Assembly (NCBI GenBank): GCA_051003195.1
Contig: JBPCLP010000028.1
Span: 1-64,000, forward strand
Direction: 5' to 3'
DNA from: Candidatus Sumerlaeaceae bacterium
Lineage (GTDB): Bacteria; Sumerlaeota; Sumerlaeia; Sumerlaeales; Sumerlaeaceae
DNA: 64,000 bases
Part shown: in pieces, positions 17,700 to 27,678 of the stretch
Layout: the number at the start of each line of letters is the position of its first letter
Position numbering within the stretch: position 1 is the stretch's first letter
Notes under the pieces: generated by a model
What the model was told of the DNA's origin: nothing
What the model saw: only the letters and a program-made list of their open reading frames with translations
Databases searched by the model: none
Program-made: the position numbers and the translations under genes

Positions 17700-18575
17700 C
17701 TAACTTTCTCCATCCAGCAACGATGCTGACACCTCGGTTGCACCCTGGCGCGCCGCATTAAAGAGCGCCGTGTGGCAAAGCCGGTTCACTTCCCGGGGAA
17801 TGCCGTTCGACATTTTCTGAAGCACCGGGAAAAAATCGTCTCGGAACATATTGGGCCGACCGCCGCTCAGAAGGCACCGGAACTTCACGTATTGCTGTGT
17901 CTCGGTCTCCGTCAGGGGACGTAGCCGCGCCCTTACAAACATTCGATTAAAGATCGACGCGTACTCCGGCTTCCCCATCTTTTCAAGAAACGACTCCTCA
18001 CCAAAGAGCAGGATGGTTACGAGCTTACGGTCCGGCAGCTCGAGGTTACTTAGCGTGCGCACCATCTGCAGCGCGTCGACACCGAGGAAGTGACACTCAT
18101 CGATGATAATCACCAGCTTGCGACCCGCGCGATGAAGCGCCACGATCGCATTCTGGATCGACGTTATTACCTGGTGAAGCGTTGCGCGCTGGTAAAGCTC
18201 AATCCCCAGCTCGCCTGCAATATCTCGCAGCAGCCCCTGGCGTTTCATCCCCGGATATGCGAGAACCAGGATCGGCTCGTGCCGCGCAGGATCCAGTTCG
18301 TTCAGCAGTATTTGCGTCAGCAGGGTTTTTCCGGTACCCGAAAGCGCGGTCGTCAGTCCTACAGCCACATGTTCATCGATGCACTTGCGCATCCGGATGA
18401 ATGCTTCCTCGTGCGCTTCCGTCCGGTAGAAGAACTGTGGGTTCACACTATCGACAAACGGGTTTTCCCGCAGGCGAAAATGTTTAACGGCCAGCGCCGT
18501 TGCTTCTGCAAACTCCGCGTTTCCGGCCGTGCTGTCTAAATCGACAAGATCCACGACGTTGAGAGCTTCACTCAT
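17700..18575 (-). CDS. second, soluble ExeA-like AAA ATPase
   Basis: FRLRENPF, ALSGTGKT, IIDECH, LFGEESF, GIPREVN; start uncertain (18575 or 18602). Confidence 0.85.
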   Translation of the reverse strand: MSEALNVVDLVDLDSTAGNAEFAEATALAVKHFRLRENPFVDSVNPQFFYRTEAHEEAFIRMRKCIDEHVAVGLTTALSGTGKTLLTQILLNELDPARHEPILVLAYPGMKRQGLLRDIAGELGIELYQRATLHQVITSIQNAIVALHRAGRKLVIIIDECHFLGVDALQMVRTLSNLELPDRKLVTILLFGEESFLEKMGKPEYASIFNRMFVRARLRPLTETETQQYVKFRCLLSGGRPNMFRDDFFPVLQKMSNGIPREVNRLCHTALFNAARQGATEVSASLLDGES

Positions 18576-18758
18576 GCGGGTCTCAGATTCCGACCCGGCC
18601 ATCAAAGCAGCCAAGGTATAGTACGAGTACGGCGACAATGAGGGCGCTGGCGTACACCAGGAACTTTGCCTCGACGAATTCTTCACGGGCTTTCGATTCG
18701 CTGCCTAGGCTGACTACGTAATCGCGGAGTTTTTCAATCATAGTATGCATCCTTTCAT

Positions 18759-19865
18759 TCACATAGCAGCGGCGGAAGCGCCGGCCATGTTGCGTTTGAG
18801 TGCTCCCATCAGATCTCCGAAACTCGATTGTTTGCGCGCGTTAATGAAGACTTTGCGGTTGAAAATTGTGTCGACTACTTCTCGCACGCATACTGCAGCC
18901 GGGCAATCCGGGAAGGCAGTCATCAGTGGTCTGCGCTCCTGCGCACTGCGGCGCATTTCATCGCATTCCGAAACATAGCCGAGGTCATTCAAGTCGCGAT
19001 CGAGCATCTTGTTTGTGGCAGCGCTCAGGCGATTGAACACGTTCTTCGCCTCGTACATATCACGCGCCATGTTTGTGATCAGGCCGATCTTGGAGTTCGG
19101 CTCCATTTCGTGCAGAATCTTGATGATCGAGAAGCAGTCTGCGTTGGCCGCGATGTTAGGCGTCGTTACGGCAATAACCTCATCCGCGAAAGTTGCAAAC
19201 CGCAGCACGTTTTCGCTGATGCCGGCACCCGTGTCCACCAGCAGCACATCAACATCCTTTTCCAGGCTGTCGATCTGACGAAGCAGCAGACGTCTCTGCT
19301 CATCATTGAGGTTTGCCATCTCGCGCACGCCCTGTCCGCCGCTGACGATGCGAATACCCAGGGGTCCCCGCGCAACTACATCCTCCAGCGAGAAACTGTT
19401 CTGCACCAGGTGTGCCAGGTTGAAGCGGGGCTTCACACCCATGAGGATATGGACGTTTGCCAGCCCCAGGTCCGCATCGAAAATCGCAACGCGCTTGCCG
19501 CGGCTGGCAATCTCGATCGCCAGGTTCACGGTGATACTTGTTTTGCCGACGCCGCCCTTGCCACTGGTGATTGCGATTACGCGCGCATGGCCTTCGCCGC
19601 GCACAGGACCTTTCGCAGATGAGCGCAAATCCGTCAGGCTCGATTTTAACTCGCGCTTCACTTCTTCCACCGTGAAGCCGCGTTTATAGATCAGGTCTTT
19701 TATACGGTTGAGAATCGCAAGGTGGTCTTCCGTGAAGCCGCTGCGATCCAGCCCCATCTCCGAAAAGGAGAGGAATTCTTTGAAGACGCTTTCGTAGTAA
19801 CGAATTTCACTTTCTTCCAGGCCAAGCCTTTCGGTGACCTGCTTTACACTGAAACGACGAATCAT
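18759..19865 (-). CDS. MerR-type HTH fused to a FlhG/FleN (MinD-family) ATPase
   Basis: N-terminal FSVKQVTERLGLEESEIRYYE; then ITSGKGGVGKT, DADLGLANV, DTGAGISENV; GGAGGTGA RBS. Confidence 0.88.
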   Translation of the reverse strand: MIRRFSVKQVTERLGLEESEIRYYESVFKEFLSFSEMGLDRSGFTEDHLAILNRIKDLIYKRGFTVEEVKRELKSSLTDLRSSAKGPVRGEGHARVIAITSGKGGVGKTSITVNLAIEIASRGKRVAIFDADLGLANVHILMGVKPRFNLAHLVQNSFSLEDVVARGPLGIRIVSGGQGVREMANLNDEQRRLLLRQIDSLEKDVDVLLVDTGAGISENVLRFATFADEVIAVTTPNIAANADCFSIIKILHEMEPNSKIGLITNMARDMYEAKNVFNRLSAATNKMLDRDLNDLGYVSECDEMRRSAQERRPLMTAFPDCPAAVCVREVVDTIFNRKVFINARKQSSFGDLMGALKRNMAGASAAAM

Positions 19866-20293
19866 CGGGTCATCACCTCCATATACGAACGAGAACGGGT
19901 AAGCCTGGCGCGTCGGATGGTGCGCCATGCCGCTGTCGGCAACTTCGCCGACAGTTGATCTGCATCGGGAACAAGAACACTGCTGCTGCGTAATGAGAAT
20001 TACGTCGATTTGCTCCAGCAGGTGCGTCTTCAGTGAACCTGCCGAGGCTATGTCAAAGAACGAATTCCCAATACCATGCTTGGCCGGTATGGCTTTGTCA
20101 AAAGGGAATTTCCGTGACGCCTCGCATCGTTTAATGAAGCGTTAAACCTGCGGCGGGCGTTGCGTTTGCTCGCATTGGCGTCGATTCTTCAGCAGAGTAG
20201 CCCGCCACTTGGCGGTAAACCACTTGACAGGTTAAGTTGCCGACAACGGACCATCGCACGGATATTGCTCCACTACCAGGGGCATAAGGAGAA

Positions 20294-21337
20294 GTGGATA
20301 TGGAACCGGGTTCAAACTCAAAACTGCTGTTGATCGGCGGCGCAGCCGTCGCCTTAGTTATTGTCGTAGTCGGGGTGCGCACCCTGACGAGCCCAGTTTC
20401 CCCGGCTGATGAGACCAGACCGTCCGTGACAAAACCTAAGACCGACGAAGCGGGCGATGAATCGAATGCCTCATCCGGCTCAACTGCTCGAGCCCCAAAG
20501 GTTACCTCCATGGGATCCTCGAGCAAAACCGTCGGCCCCACGCCCGCATTGCGATCGAGTGGACCTAAGCCAACCGGAAGCGGCGTCAGCGGATTCCACC
20601 ACGATGCCAGCACCACGCCAGTGACCACCGGTTCAAATGCGGCCCAGACCACGCCCAGTTTGACTCCCGTTGCCGAGGTCGCGGACACCGAGGAAGCGAA
20701 AGAAAATGCGCGCAAGGTCGCCGATCTTACCTCCATGTTCAAAAATGAAAAAGACCCGAGTGCCCGAATCGACCTGGCAGATGAACTCGGCTTAATCGAC
20801 GACCCTCTTTCGGTGCGCCGTCTGCTCGAACTTGCCGAAACCGAAACCGATCCGGAAGTGAAAGAGGCGCTCCTGAATGCGTTGACGGGACTCGATGCGC
20901 TTGAGCAGGTGGGCAAGGAAGCCGTCGATGCATTGGAAAGACATTTCAAAACATCCGCAGACGCAGATGTGCGCAGCGCCGCTCTGGACGCGCTCGGCGA
21001 CATCGCCACGGCTGATTCGAAAAAAGCGCTCGATAACGTTTACAGGGATCCAAACACCGATCCTTCCGAAAAGCTGACCGCCGCGGAGAACATACTTCGC
21101 ATTCGCACCAATGACCCCGATCTTGTTCCGATTGAGGAAGCTCGGCAGATTAACGAGCAGCTTCGCTTGGACTTCCAGGCCGGGACCGACGCCGCGTTCC
21201 GCACTCAGGCCGCGATGGCGCTCGCTCTCATGGGTAAAGAGAACCTGCCGTTCTTTCAACAGGCGCTCACGACCGAGCAGGATCCCAACGTAAAGAACCT
21301 GCTGGAAAAACTCACGAAGATGCAGTTCGGCCCCTGA
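20294..21337 (+). CDS. membrane-anchored HEAT-repeat protein
   Basis: N-terminal TM, Ser/Thr linker, repeats such as DPEVKEALLNAL and DADVRSAALDALG. Confidence 0.75.
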   Translation: MDMEPGSNSKLLLIGGAAVALVIVVVGVRTLTSPVSPADETRPSVTKPKTDEAGDESNASSGSTARAPKVTSMGSSSKTVGPTPALRSSGPKPTGSGVSGFHHDASTTPVTTGSNAAQTTPSLTPVAEVADTEEAKENARKVADLTSMFKNEKDPSARIDLADELGLIDDPLSVRRLLELAETETDPEVKEALLNALTGLDALEQVGKEAVDALERHFKTSADADVRSAALDALGDIATADSKKALDNVYRDPNTDPSEKLTAAENILRIRTNDPDLVPIEEARQINEQLRLDFQAGTDAAFRTQAAMALALMGKENLPFFQQALTTEQDPNVKNLLEKLTKMQFGP

Positions 21338-21351
21338 ACTTCGCCGCAGAA

Positions 21352-21543
21352 TTCCAGGATTCCGGCTTTTTGGAATCCGCAGCCCGCAGGTTTTTTGCAC
21401 CGAAGGTGCAGCGGGACATAGCCCAGGGTCAGGATTCCAACTTTTTGGAATCCGCAGCCCTGGGTTACAGCACCCCATTTTTCGCGCCCTGAAGGGGCGC
21501 CGCAAACCGAAAATATGCTACGAATCTCTGGTACGCCACACTA
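21352..21543. repeat. composite REP/MITE element, family A
   Basis: two GGATTCC..CTTTTTGGAATCCGCAGCCC hairpins, TGCACCGAAGGTGCA, CGCCCTGAAGGGGCG; ends GGTACGCCACACTA on the sulfatase stop. Confidence 0.8.
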
Positions 21544-22998
21544 CTGGGCGGCCTTCTCTGTCGAAACCGGGGCTGCAACGACGTTTGCCGGATCCACAAA
21601 TCCGCAGGGGCGACGATTTTCGCCGAGCTCTTTCAAGCGTGAGTCACCCAGGTCTTTACGTGCGAGTTCTACCAAAGCCCGAAGACGCCTCTCCACTTCC
21701 GGATGATCTTTGAGTACGGTCTTCTGTTCGCCTGGATCCGTTTCAAGGTTGTAGAGGCATCTCGGTACGGTGCTTTCCCGGTCGCCATAAGGCTGATAGT
21801 GTGAATCATTGGCGACAGTCGTCTCCAGCTTCATTTTCCATGGCCCGCTGCGGATCGCCTGCAGCTCATCCATAAAATAGTATAAGAGTTGTTCGTGTGG
21901 GCTGCGTGCCCCGACGTCCCCTTTGATCAGCGCCAGAATGTCCTTGCCATCCAGCTTGCGGTTCGTCGGCGCCGCTGTTCCCGCAATGCGAGCAATCGTC
22001 GGCAGCAGGTCCATCGCCGTGGCCAGCTCTCCACAAACGCTGCTCGCCGGAACCGTGCCCGGCCAGCGAACAATAAACGGTACACGCATGCCGCCTTCAT
22101 ACGTGCTGCCCTTGCCATTGCGCAGCGGCGTGGCGCTCCCGCCATTTTCACCGCGCACGAGCCACGGGCCATTATCCGACATAAAAATTACCAGGGTACG
22201 TTCATCGATGGCGAGCCGCTTAAGAGCTGCAAAAATTTCGCCGATGCTCCAATCGAGACTCTCCACCACATCTCCATAAAGTCCGCCCGGCGAATGGCCG
22301 CGGAACCTCTCTGAAACAAACAGTGGAGTGTGCGGTGCATTATGCGCGAGGTACAGAAAGAACGGCGCGTCTTTTTTCTCTGTTATGAAACGAATTGCCT
22401 CTTCAGTATATCGTTCCGTCACGGTTTCCTGTTTTACCTGCGGCTCGATCACCTCATCTCCGCGTAGATAAACGAGAGGCTTCATGTCGTTACTGTACGG
22501 AATGCCGAAGTAGCTGTCGAACCCCTGCCGCGTCGGAAGAAATTGCGGGTGATCACCCAGGTGCCACTTGCCAACGCACGCCGTCGCATACCCGACCGTT
22601 TTAAGGATCTCGGCTATGGTAATTTCGCCGGGGTTCAGGCCCTGTAGGGAACGCGGGTACAAAACGTGCCATGGCACCACCTTGCCATTCTGTTCGCGCG
22701 AGCACACGCCCAGGCCAATGCGTTGCGCATAGCAGCCGGTCAGAAGTGCGGCACGCGAAGGCGAGCAAAGCGACGACGCCACATAGAAATCCGTGAAGCG
22801 CATTCCTTCCTGCGCCATGCGGTCCAGGTTTGGTGTGCGAATACGCTTCTGCCCATAGCAGCCGATATCGTTATATCCAAGGTCATCAGCGAGAATCAGT
22901 ATGACGTTCGGCGGAACGGCCAGCGCGGATGACGCCAGCAGACAAACGACAGCCCGTAGAATGATACCGAAAATGATGTCCGGCACTCTAATCATCAT
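21541..22998 (-). CDS. arylsulfatase (Cys-type, formylglycine-dependent)
   Basis: signal peptide, PNVILILADDLG, CSPSRAALLTG, GKWHLG, SDNG. Confidence 0.93.
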   Translation of the reverse strand: MMIRVPDIIFGIILRAVVCLLASSALAVPPNVILILADDLGYNDIGCYGQKRIRTPNLDRMAQEGMRFTDFYVASSLCSPSRAALLTGCYAQRIGLGVCSREQNGKVVPWHVLYPRSLQGLNPGEITIAEILKTVGYATACVGKWHLGDHPQFLPTRQGFDSYFGIPYSNDMKPLVYLRGDEVIEPQVKQETVTERYTEEAIRFITEKKDAPFFLYLAHNAPHTPLFVSERFRGHSPGGLYGDVVESLDWSIGEIFAALKRLAIDERTLVIFMSDNGPWLVRGENGGSATPLRNGKGSTYEGGMRVPFIVRWPGTVPASSVCGELATAMDLLPTIARIAGTAAPTNRKLDGKDILALIKGDVGARSPHEQLLYYFMDELQAIRSGPWKMKLETTVANDSHYQPYGDRESTVPRCLYNLETDPGEQKTVLKDHPEVERRLRALVELARKDLGDSRLKELGENRRPCGFVDPANVVAAPVSTEKAAQ

Positions 22999-25139
22999 TA
23001 TGGCACCGTAACCGAGTCCTTCGTATTCCCGGCTGTTACCCCGGGCCAGTCGTCCGTTCGGAATGGAGAGGCCGGCAAACCTTCCCTGTTACATAAGTTG
23101 CAATCCGGGTTAGCGGCCCAGGCGTAGCGCACCGCGGTCGGTTGTGGAATTCGCGCGCCGGAGACGAGCACCGTGTTCGTAGCAGTATCGATACGGGCAT
23201 CCGCCCATACGAATATCCGGTCGGCCCCAGCGATCGCGAAACCTCGTAACGTGCTGGAGTGGTCCTGCGTCGAAAGCCCTGAGCCAATATGCTCGAAACC
23301 AATTCGCATGGCAGCGCCTTCGACAGTCGAAGTCGTGAACAGTGGCCCCGACCATACAAGCTTTTCCCCGTAAGAAATCGCCCTTGCAGCAAGCGCCAGG
23401 CGAGCACCGACCGGTTCTTTGGTGGTGGGGTGTATGTCCTTCGCGTCACCCGTATCAATGGTCACCGCCATTCCCGTTGCGGGCACACTACGAAATGTCT
23501 TCAGTTGTGCTTCTCGCAATTCCGCCCACTTGTCCTCACCGGGCTGTTGCTCCCGCGCATGGAAGAATGGCAGTTGCGCGAAGAGAAACGGCAGGGACGG
23601 ACTCTTCCACTTTTCGCGCCAGTCGGCAATCAGCGCCGGGAACAGCTTACGGTACTGATCGGCGCGTGTTACATTGCTTTCCCCCTGGTACCAGATCGCA
23701 CCTTTCAGTGCGTACGGAGCTAAAGGCGCAATCATTCCGTTATATAAAACCATGGGTCGCCGCGGGTGCCCTGCTTCAGTAGGGCGGCGTGTAAGACCGG
23801 CCAGGCTGACACCCTTCCTGGTTTTCCATTCGCCTCCCAGCGACAGCGGTTCGGCAGCTACTGGCTTAAGTCCTGTATCCCGTATGAGCTTTAGCTGCTG
23901 GGCATCGGACGTGAAGCCTGCCGCAGCGGAATTGCCCAGCACTCGTACGGTAATCACATTGCGTCCAGGACGAATCCATTCCGCGGGAATGGTATATTGG
24001 CGCGTATTTTTCGCGGTAATCGTCTCGCCAGCTTGTTTGCCATTAAACCACGTGATATCCTCATCCGTTATCTGGCCGAGCGACAGCGTCAGGGTCGTCC
24101 CAACGAATTCATCTTTTAGTGTGACCTCGCGACGCAACCATACGGTCCCGATGAAATCCTTCAGATCGGGTATAGAGATCCAGCGTGCAGGTTGATTCGT
24201 ACTTTGCCAATCCTCGTCGTGAAATTCAGGTGAAGCCCAGATAGGTGGGGTCAATGCTCCTGCATACTGGGAATCTGCACTTGATGCCAGGCTACTCCCG
24301 TATCCCGGATCTTTTTGCCGCAGCTCCTCGTACCATTTTGCGAGGTCACGCTGGTAGTTCGCCTGCGCGTTCCCGGGTTCGCGAGCTTCCAGGTCGATTT
24401 TTGCTATCTGGGAGGCGAACTCTGGAAATCCCTGGAGGCCACCCCGGCTGACCCAGCATTCTGCCGCGGTTCCGCCGACGGAACTCTGAATCAGTCCCAC
24501 GGGCACGTTCAGCTGTTTTTGAAGATCGCGTCCGAAATAATAACCGACTGCTGAAAAGACAGGTGAAGACTCTGGCCCGCAGATCTGCCAGGACGGTGCT
24601 CCCTTGAGCGTGTTCACAGGTGCCGGGCTCGGATTACCTGTAACTCTCAAGAGGCGTAACTGCGTATTGCTGGACTGTTCACCGTCCTGTTTGCCAGTGA
24701 CTGCCCGTGAAAGTGGAAAGCCCATATTGGACTGCCCGGAGCAGAGCCACACGTCGCCAAATAAAACGTCCGTCAGTACGATTCCATCTTCGTCCTGGTC
24801 CGTTCCTGTTAATCTGAGCCGGAACGGGCCACCTGCGGGCATTGACTGCAGCTCGGCGCGCCATCTTCCAGACGAGTCGGTGGTCGTCACAACCCTTTGC
24901 GGGGGCTGACTGTCACTATTCTCGGACGCGAGTACCAGTCTCACCTTGCTGCCAGGCGTAGCGCTTCCCCATATCGGTACTGGTCGGTCGCGCTGTAGCA
25001 CCATATGGTCGGTGAAAACGGAAGCAAATGTAAGCCGTGCCCCTTCGGAGGCACCGATCTTTGATACGCACAGGAATGTCGCTACCAGGATTCCCGTAAA
25101 ACGGCGCATGCGCGCAACTGCTGGATCATCGTGTCTCAT
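22998..25139 (-). CDS. sialate O-acetylesterase family (SASA) protein
   Basis: DHMVLQR, GDVWLCSGQSNM, WYQGESN, DIHP, VRYAW, GLPASPFRTD. Confidence 0.92.
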   Translation of the reverse strand: MRHDDPAVARMRRFTGILVATFLCVSKIGASEGARLTFASVFTDHMVLQRDRPVPIWGSATPGSKVRLVLASENSDSQPPQRVVTTTDSSGRWRAELQSMPAGGPFRLRLTGTDQDEDGIVLTDVLFGDVWLCSGQSNMGFPLSRAVTGKQDGEQSSNTQLRLLRVTGNPSPAPVNTLKGAPSWQICGPESSPVFSAVGYYFGRDLQKQLNVPVGLIQSSVGGTAAECWVSRGGLQGFPEFASQIAKIDLEAREPGNAQANYQRDLAKWYEELRQKDPGYGSSLASSADSQYAGALTPPIWASPEFHDEDWQSTNQPARWISIPDLKDFIGTVWLRREVTLKDEFVGTTLTLSLGQITDEDITWFNGKQAGETITAKNTRQYTIPAEWIRPGRNVITVRVLGNSAAAGFTSDAQQLKLIRDTGLKPVAAEPLSLGGEWKTRKGVSLAGLTRRPTEAGHPRRPMVLYNGMIAPLAPYALKGAIWYQGESNVTRADQYRKLFPALIADWREKWKSPSLPFLFAQLPFFHAREQQPGEDKWAELREAQLKTFRSVPATGMAVTIDTGDAKDIHPTTKEPVGARLALAARAISYGEKLVWSGPLFTTSTVEGAAMRIGFEHIGSGLSTQDHSSTLRGFAIAGADRIFVWADARIDTATNTVLVSGARIPQPTAVRYAWAANPDCNLCNREGLPASPFRTDDWPGVTAGNTKDSVTVP

Positions 25140-25211
25140 GGGAAACTCCCTTCACCGCCCATATCGCCTATCAAGGATCACTTTAACAAAAAGCACGTAT
25201 GTCAGTCCCGG

Positions 25212-25227
25212 TGGCATAAGACATGCT
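25212..25227 (+). promoter_or_regulatory. sigma54 (-24/-12) promoter
   Basis: TGGCATAAGACATGCT: GG-N10-GC, 50 bp upstream of the ATG at 25278. Confidence 0.6.
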
Positions 25228-25277
25228 CCCGTTTTCGGGCTCAGTAGTCGTCGTAATTTCTGCGGAGGTCAGGTTTC

Positions 25278-25688
25278 ATGAAACTCATTTCAACACTTGC
25301 TGCGGTAGCGTTGGCGCTTCCATCTATTGGGTTTGCAGGCGCCTGCGGCGGCTGCGGCTCTAGCTGTCCGGCACATTATTATCCCGGCCAAACATTTAGC
25401 GCACGATCAGGCGGCTTTGGCTTGAACCTTGGTTGTAGCCCGTGCCGTCCAGCTTGCAACCCCTGCGCGGGCGGATATGCCGCAGCGCCAGCTCACTACG
25501 GACCAGCACATGGGCCGGCTTATGGACCAGCATATGGGCCGGCTTACGGGCGTCCAGCCTATGGGCCTGCTTATGGCCCCGGACCCGGATACGGAGCCAG
25601 TGTGGGCAATGTCGACGCTGGTGCACACATGAATGGCGGCAGCATGGGTGCCAATATCGGTGGCGTCGGAGGCAGCATCAGCTACTGA
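25278..25688 (+). CDS. secreted Cys-rich peptide with YGPA repeats
   Basis: GGAGG RBS, signal peptide, CGGCGSSCPAHYYPGQTF..CSPCRPACNPC, then a run of (Y/H)GPA units. Confidence 0.8.
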   Translation: MKLISTLAAVALALPSIGFAGACGGCGSSCPAHYYPGQTFSARSGGFGLNLGCSPCRPACNPCAGGYAAAPAHYGPAHGPAYGPAYGPAYGRPAYGPAYGPGPGYGASVGNVDAGAHMNGGSMGANIGGVGGSISY

Positions 25689-25721
25689 CAAGGTTTCCTC
25701 CAATACGAGGGAAATTGGATG

Positions 25722-25760
25722 AAAACGCCAGTCCCTAACGGGTCTGGCGCTTTTCTGTTT
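25722..25760 (+). terminator. intrinsic terminator
   Basis: CGCCAGTCCC-TAAC-GGGTCTGGCG stem followed by CTTTTCTGTTT. Confidence 0.65.
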
Positions 25761-25866
25761 AAGGAACTAACTAATTTCGCGCGGGCCTGCGCGAAGCACT
25801 TGACATTGATTTCCGATAAAGTTGCCACCTTATCCCGAGGTAATAAAATCTGGAGGGATTTTTTCA

Positions 25867-26097
25867 ATGAAGAGGTTCATCGTCACCATGGCCGTTGTGG
25901 CCTGTGCTGTGTCATCTTACGCAGGCGGCAATTGCGGCAGGCCTGCTTGTGCCAGCCCATGCGCGAAATCATGCAGTTCATGTCCCAAACACTACTATCC
26001 GGGCCAGACGTTCTGCACCGGTGCTGCCAACTTTGGAATTTGCGGCAACTCTTGTCGTCCGGCTTGCGCCCCTCGGGCCTGCAATCCCTGCCGTTAA
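25867..26097 (+). CDS. secreted Cys-rich peptide, paralog of 25278-25688
   Basis: GGAGG RBS, signal peptide MKRFIVTMAVVACAVSSYA, CSSCPKHYYPGQTF..CRPAC..CNPCR. Confidence 0.78.
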   Translation: MKRFIVTMAVVACAVSSYAGGNCGRPACASPCAKSCSSCPKHYYPGQTFCTGAANFGICGNSCRPACAPRACNPCR

Positions 26098-26237
26098 TTC
26101 TGCATAGATCTGCCACGGCCTGACAGTAAGGTCAGGCCTGGCACAGGTAATTCGCGCCGAAATCGTATGATTTCGGCGCGTTTTGTTTGGTGGATTCGGC
26201 CTTGCGTTGTCGTGCGCGCCGCTTCGCATTTACTGCC

Positions 26238-27665
26238 ATGATTCCTATGAATAGTGCTGCTTCCATCCTGCTGGTGGAAGACGACGCAGTTTTCGCGGAC
26301 CGGCTGCGGCGCAATCTTGAACTGGCGCACTACCAGGTCACGGTTGCTGCAAATGGTGCCGACGCGGTCCAAAGGCTGCGTCGCGATAATTTCGACTTAA
26401 TAGTGACCGATGTACGCATGCCGGAAATGGGCGGCATCGAGCTCATCCGCAAGATTAAGATCGAGGGCGTGGACGGGGTTGACCCCGATATTCCTGTCGT
26501 CGTCCTGACTTCCGTCGGCTCAGTCGAAACCGCGGTCGAGGCAATGAAGCTGGGGGCCAGCGACTACATCGCCAAAGAAGCCGAACGCACCGAAATTGTG
26601 CTCCGCATCCGCAAAGTACTCGAGCAGTCTCAGATTGTGCAGGAGAACCGGGTCCTGCGCGACCAGCTCGAACGCAGAGATGAGTTCCGCGACCTCATCG
26701 GCGACAGCGAAGCCATGCAGCGGATAAAGGAAGACATTGAGCAGGTGGGACCGACCACCGCGTCGGTTCTCATTACCGGCGAGACCGGCGTCGGCAAGGA
26801 ACTCGTAGCGCGCGCAATCCATCGAGCCAGTACACGCGCAAAAGGGCCCTTCGTCGATGTGAACTGTGCCGCGTTGCCCGATGACAACATGTTCCAGAGT
26901 GAAGTCTTTGGTCATGAAAAGGGCGCGTTCACTGATGCCGCCTACACGCGTAAAGGACGCTTCGAACTGGCGCACCGCGGCAGCCTCTTCCTTGATGAGA
27001 TCGCCGAGATGAGCCGCGACAGTCAGGGCAAAATTCTGAAAGCGCTCGAGCAGCAGACCATCTCGCGGCTTGGCGGTACACGTCCTGTCCAGGTGGATTG
27101 CCGCTACATTTTCGCGACGAACAAGGACCTGCTCGGCGAAGTGCAGGCCGGTCGTTTTCGCGAAGATTTATATTACCGTATCGATGTGGTGCGCGTGCAG
27201 ATTCCGCCGCTGCGGGAGCGAAGGCAGGATATCCCCCAGCTCGCAAAATTTTTCGCGGACCAGTTCGCGCGCAAGTACAACAAGCCGGAATTCTTTTTTG
27301 AGGAAAGCGCCATGGCGCTTCTGCGCGACTACGCATACCCGGGTAACATTCGGGAATTGCGCAACGTAATCGAGCGGCTGGTCATTCGCGCACGCGGCGA
27401 TGTCATAACCCGTGTCCAGGTGGAACTCGTTGGCCTCGTGCAGCGCGCAACCCAGCCAGGCATGCCCACTACTCCAGTCGTCAACTTCCCCGAGGGCGGC
27501 ATCGACCTGGAGCAGGTGGAGAAGGACCTCGTAGTCCAGGCGCTGGAGAAATCGGGCTGGAACCAGAAAGATGCCGCGACCCTCCTGAACATCAGCGTGG
27601 ACAGGATGAACAGCCGCGTTAGAAAATTTGCGCTGCGACACCCAAGCTGGCGCGTAAATAAGTGA
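26238..27665 (+). CDS. NtrC-family sigma54-dependent response regulator
   Basis: receiver domain (VEDD, TDVRMP), GETGVGKE, GAFTDA, LFLDEI, FREDLYYR, PGNIREL, Fis-type HTH. Confidence 0.93.
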   Translation: MIPMNSAASILLVEDDAVFADRLRRNLELAHYQVTVAANGADAVQRLRRDNFDLIVTDVRMPEMGGIELIRKIKIEGVDGVDPDIPVVVLTSVGSVETAVEAMKLGASDYIAKEAERTEIVLRIRKVLEQSQIVQENRVLRDQLERRDEFRDLIGDSEAMQRIKEDIEQVGPTTASVLITGETGVGKELVARAIHRASTRAKGPFVDVNCAALPDDNMFQSEVFGHEKGAFTDAAYTRKGRFELAHRGSLFLDEIAEMSRDSQGKILKALEQQTISRLGGTRPVQVDCRYIFATNKDLLGEVQAGRFREDLYYRIDVVRVQIPPLRERRQDIPQLAKFFADQFARKYNKPEFFFEESAMALLRDYAYPGNIRELRNVIERLVIRARGDVITRVQVELVGLVQRATQPGMPTTPVVNFPEGGIDLEQVEKDLVVQALEKSGWNQKDAATLLNISVDRMNSRVRKFALRHPSWRVNK

Positions 27666-27678
27666 TCCGCAACGGCCG

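Noticed and set aside
26139..26155. Second sigma54 promoter TGGCACAGGTAATTCGC
   Set aside because: GG-to-GC spacing is not 10 nt.
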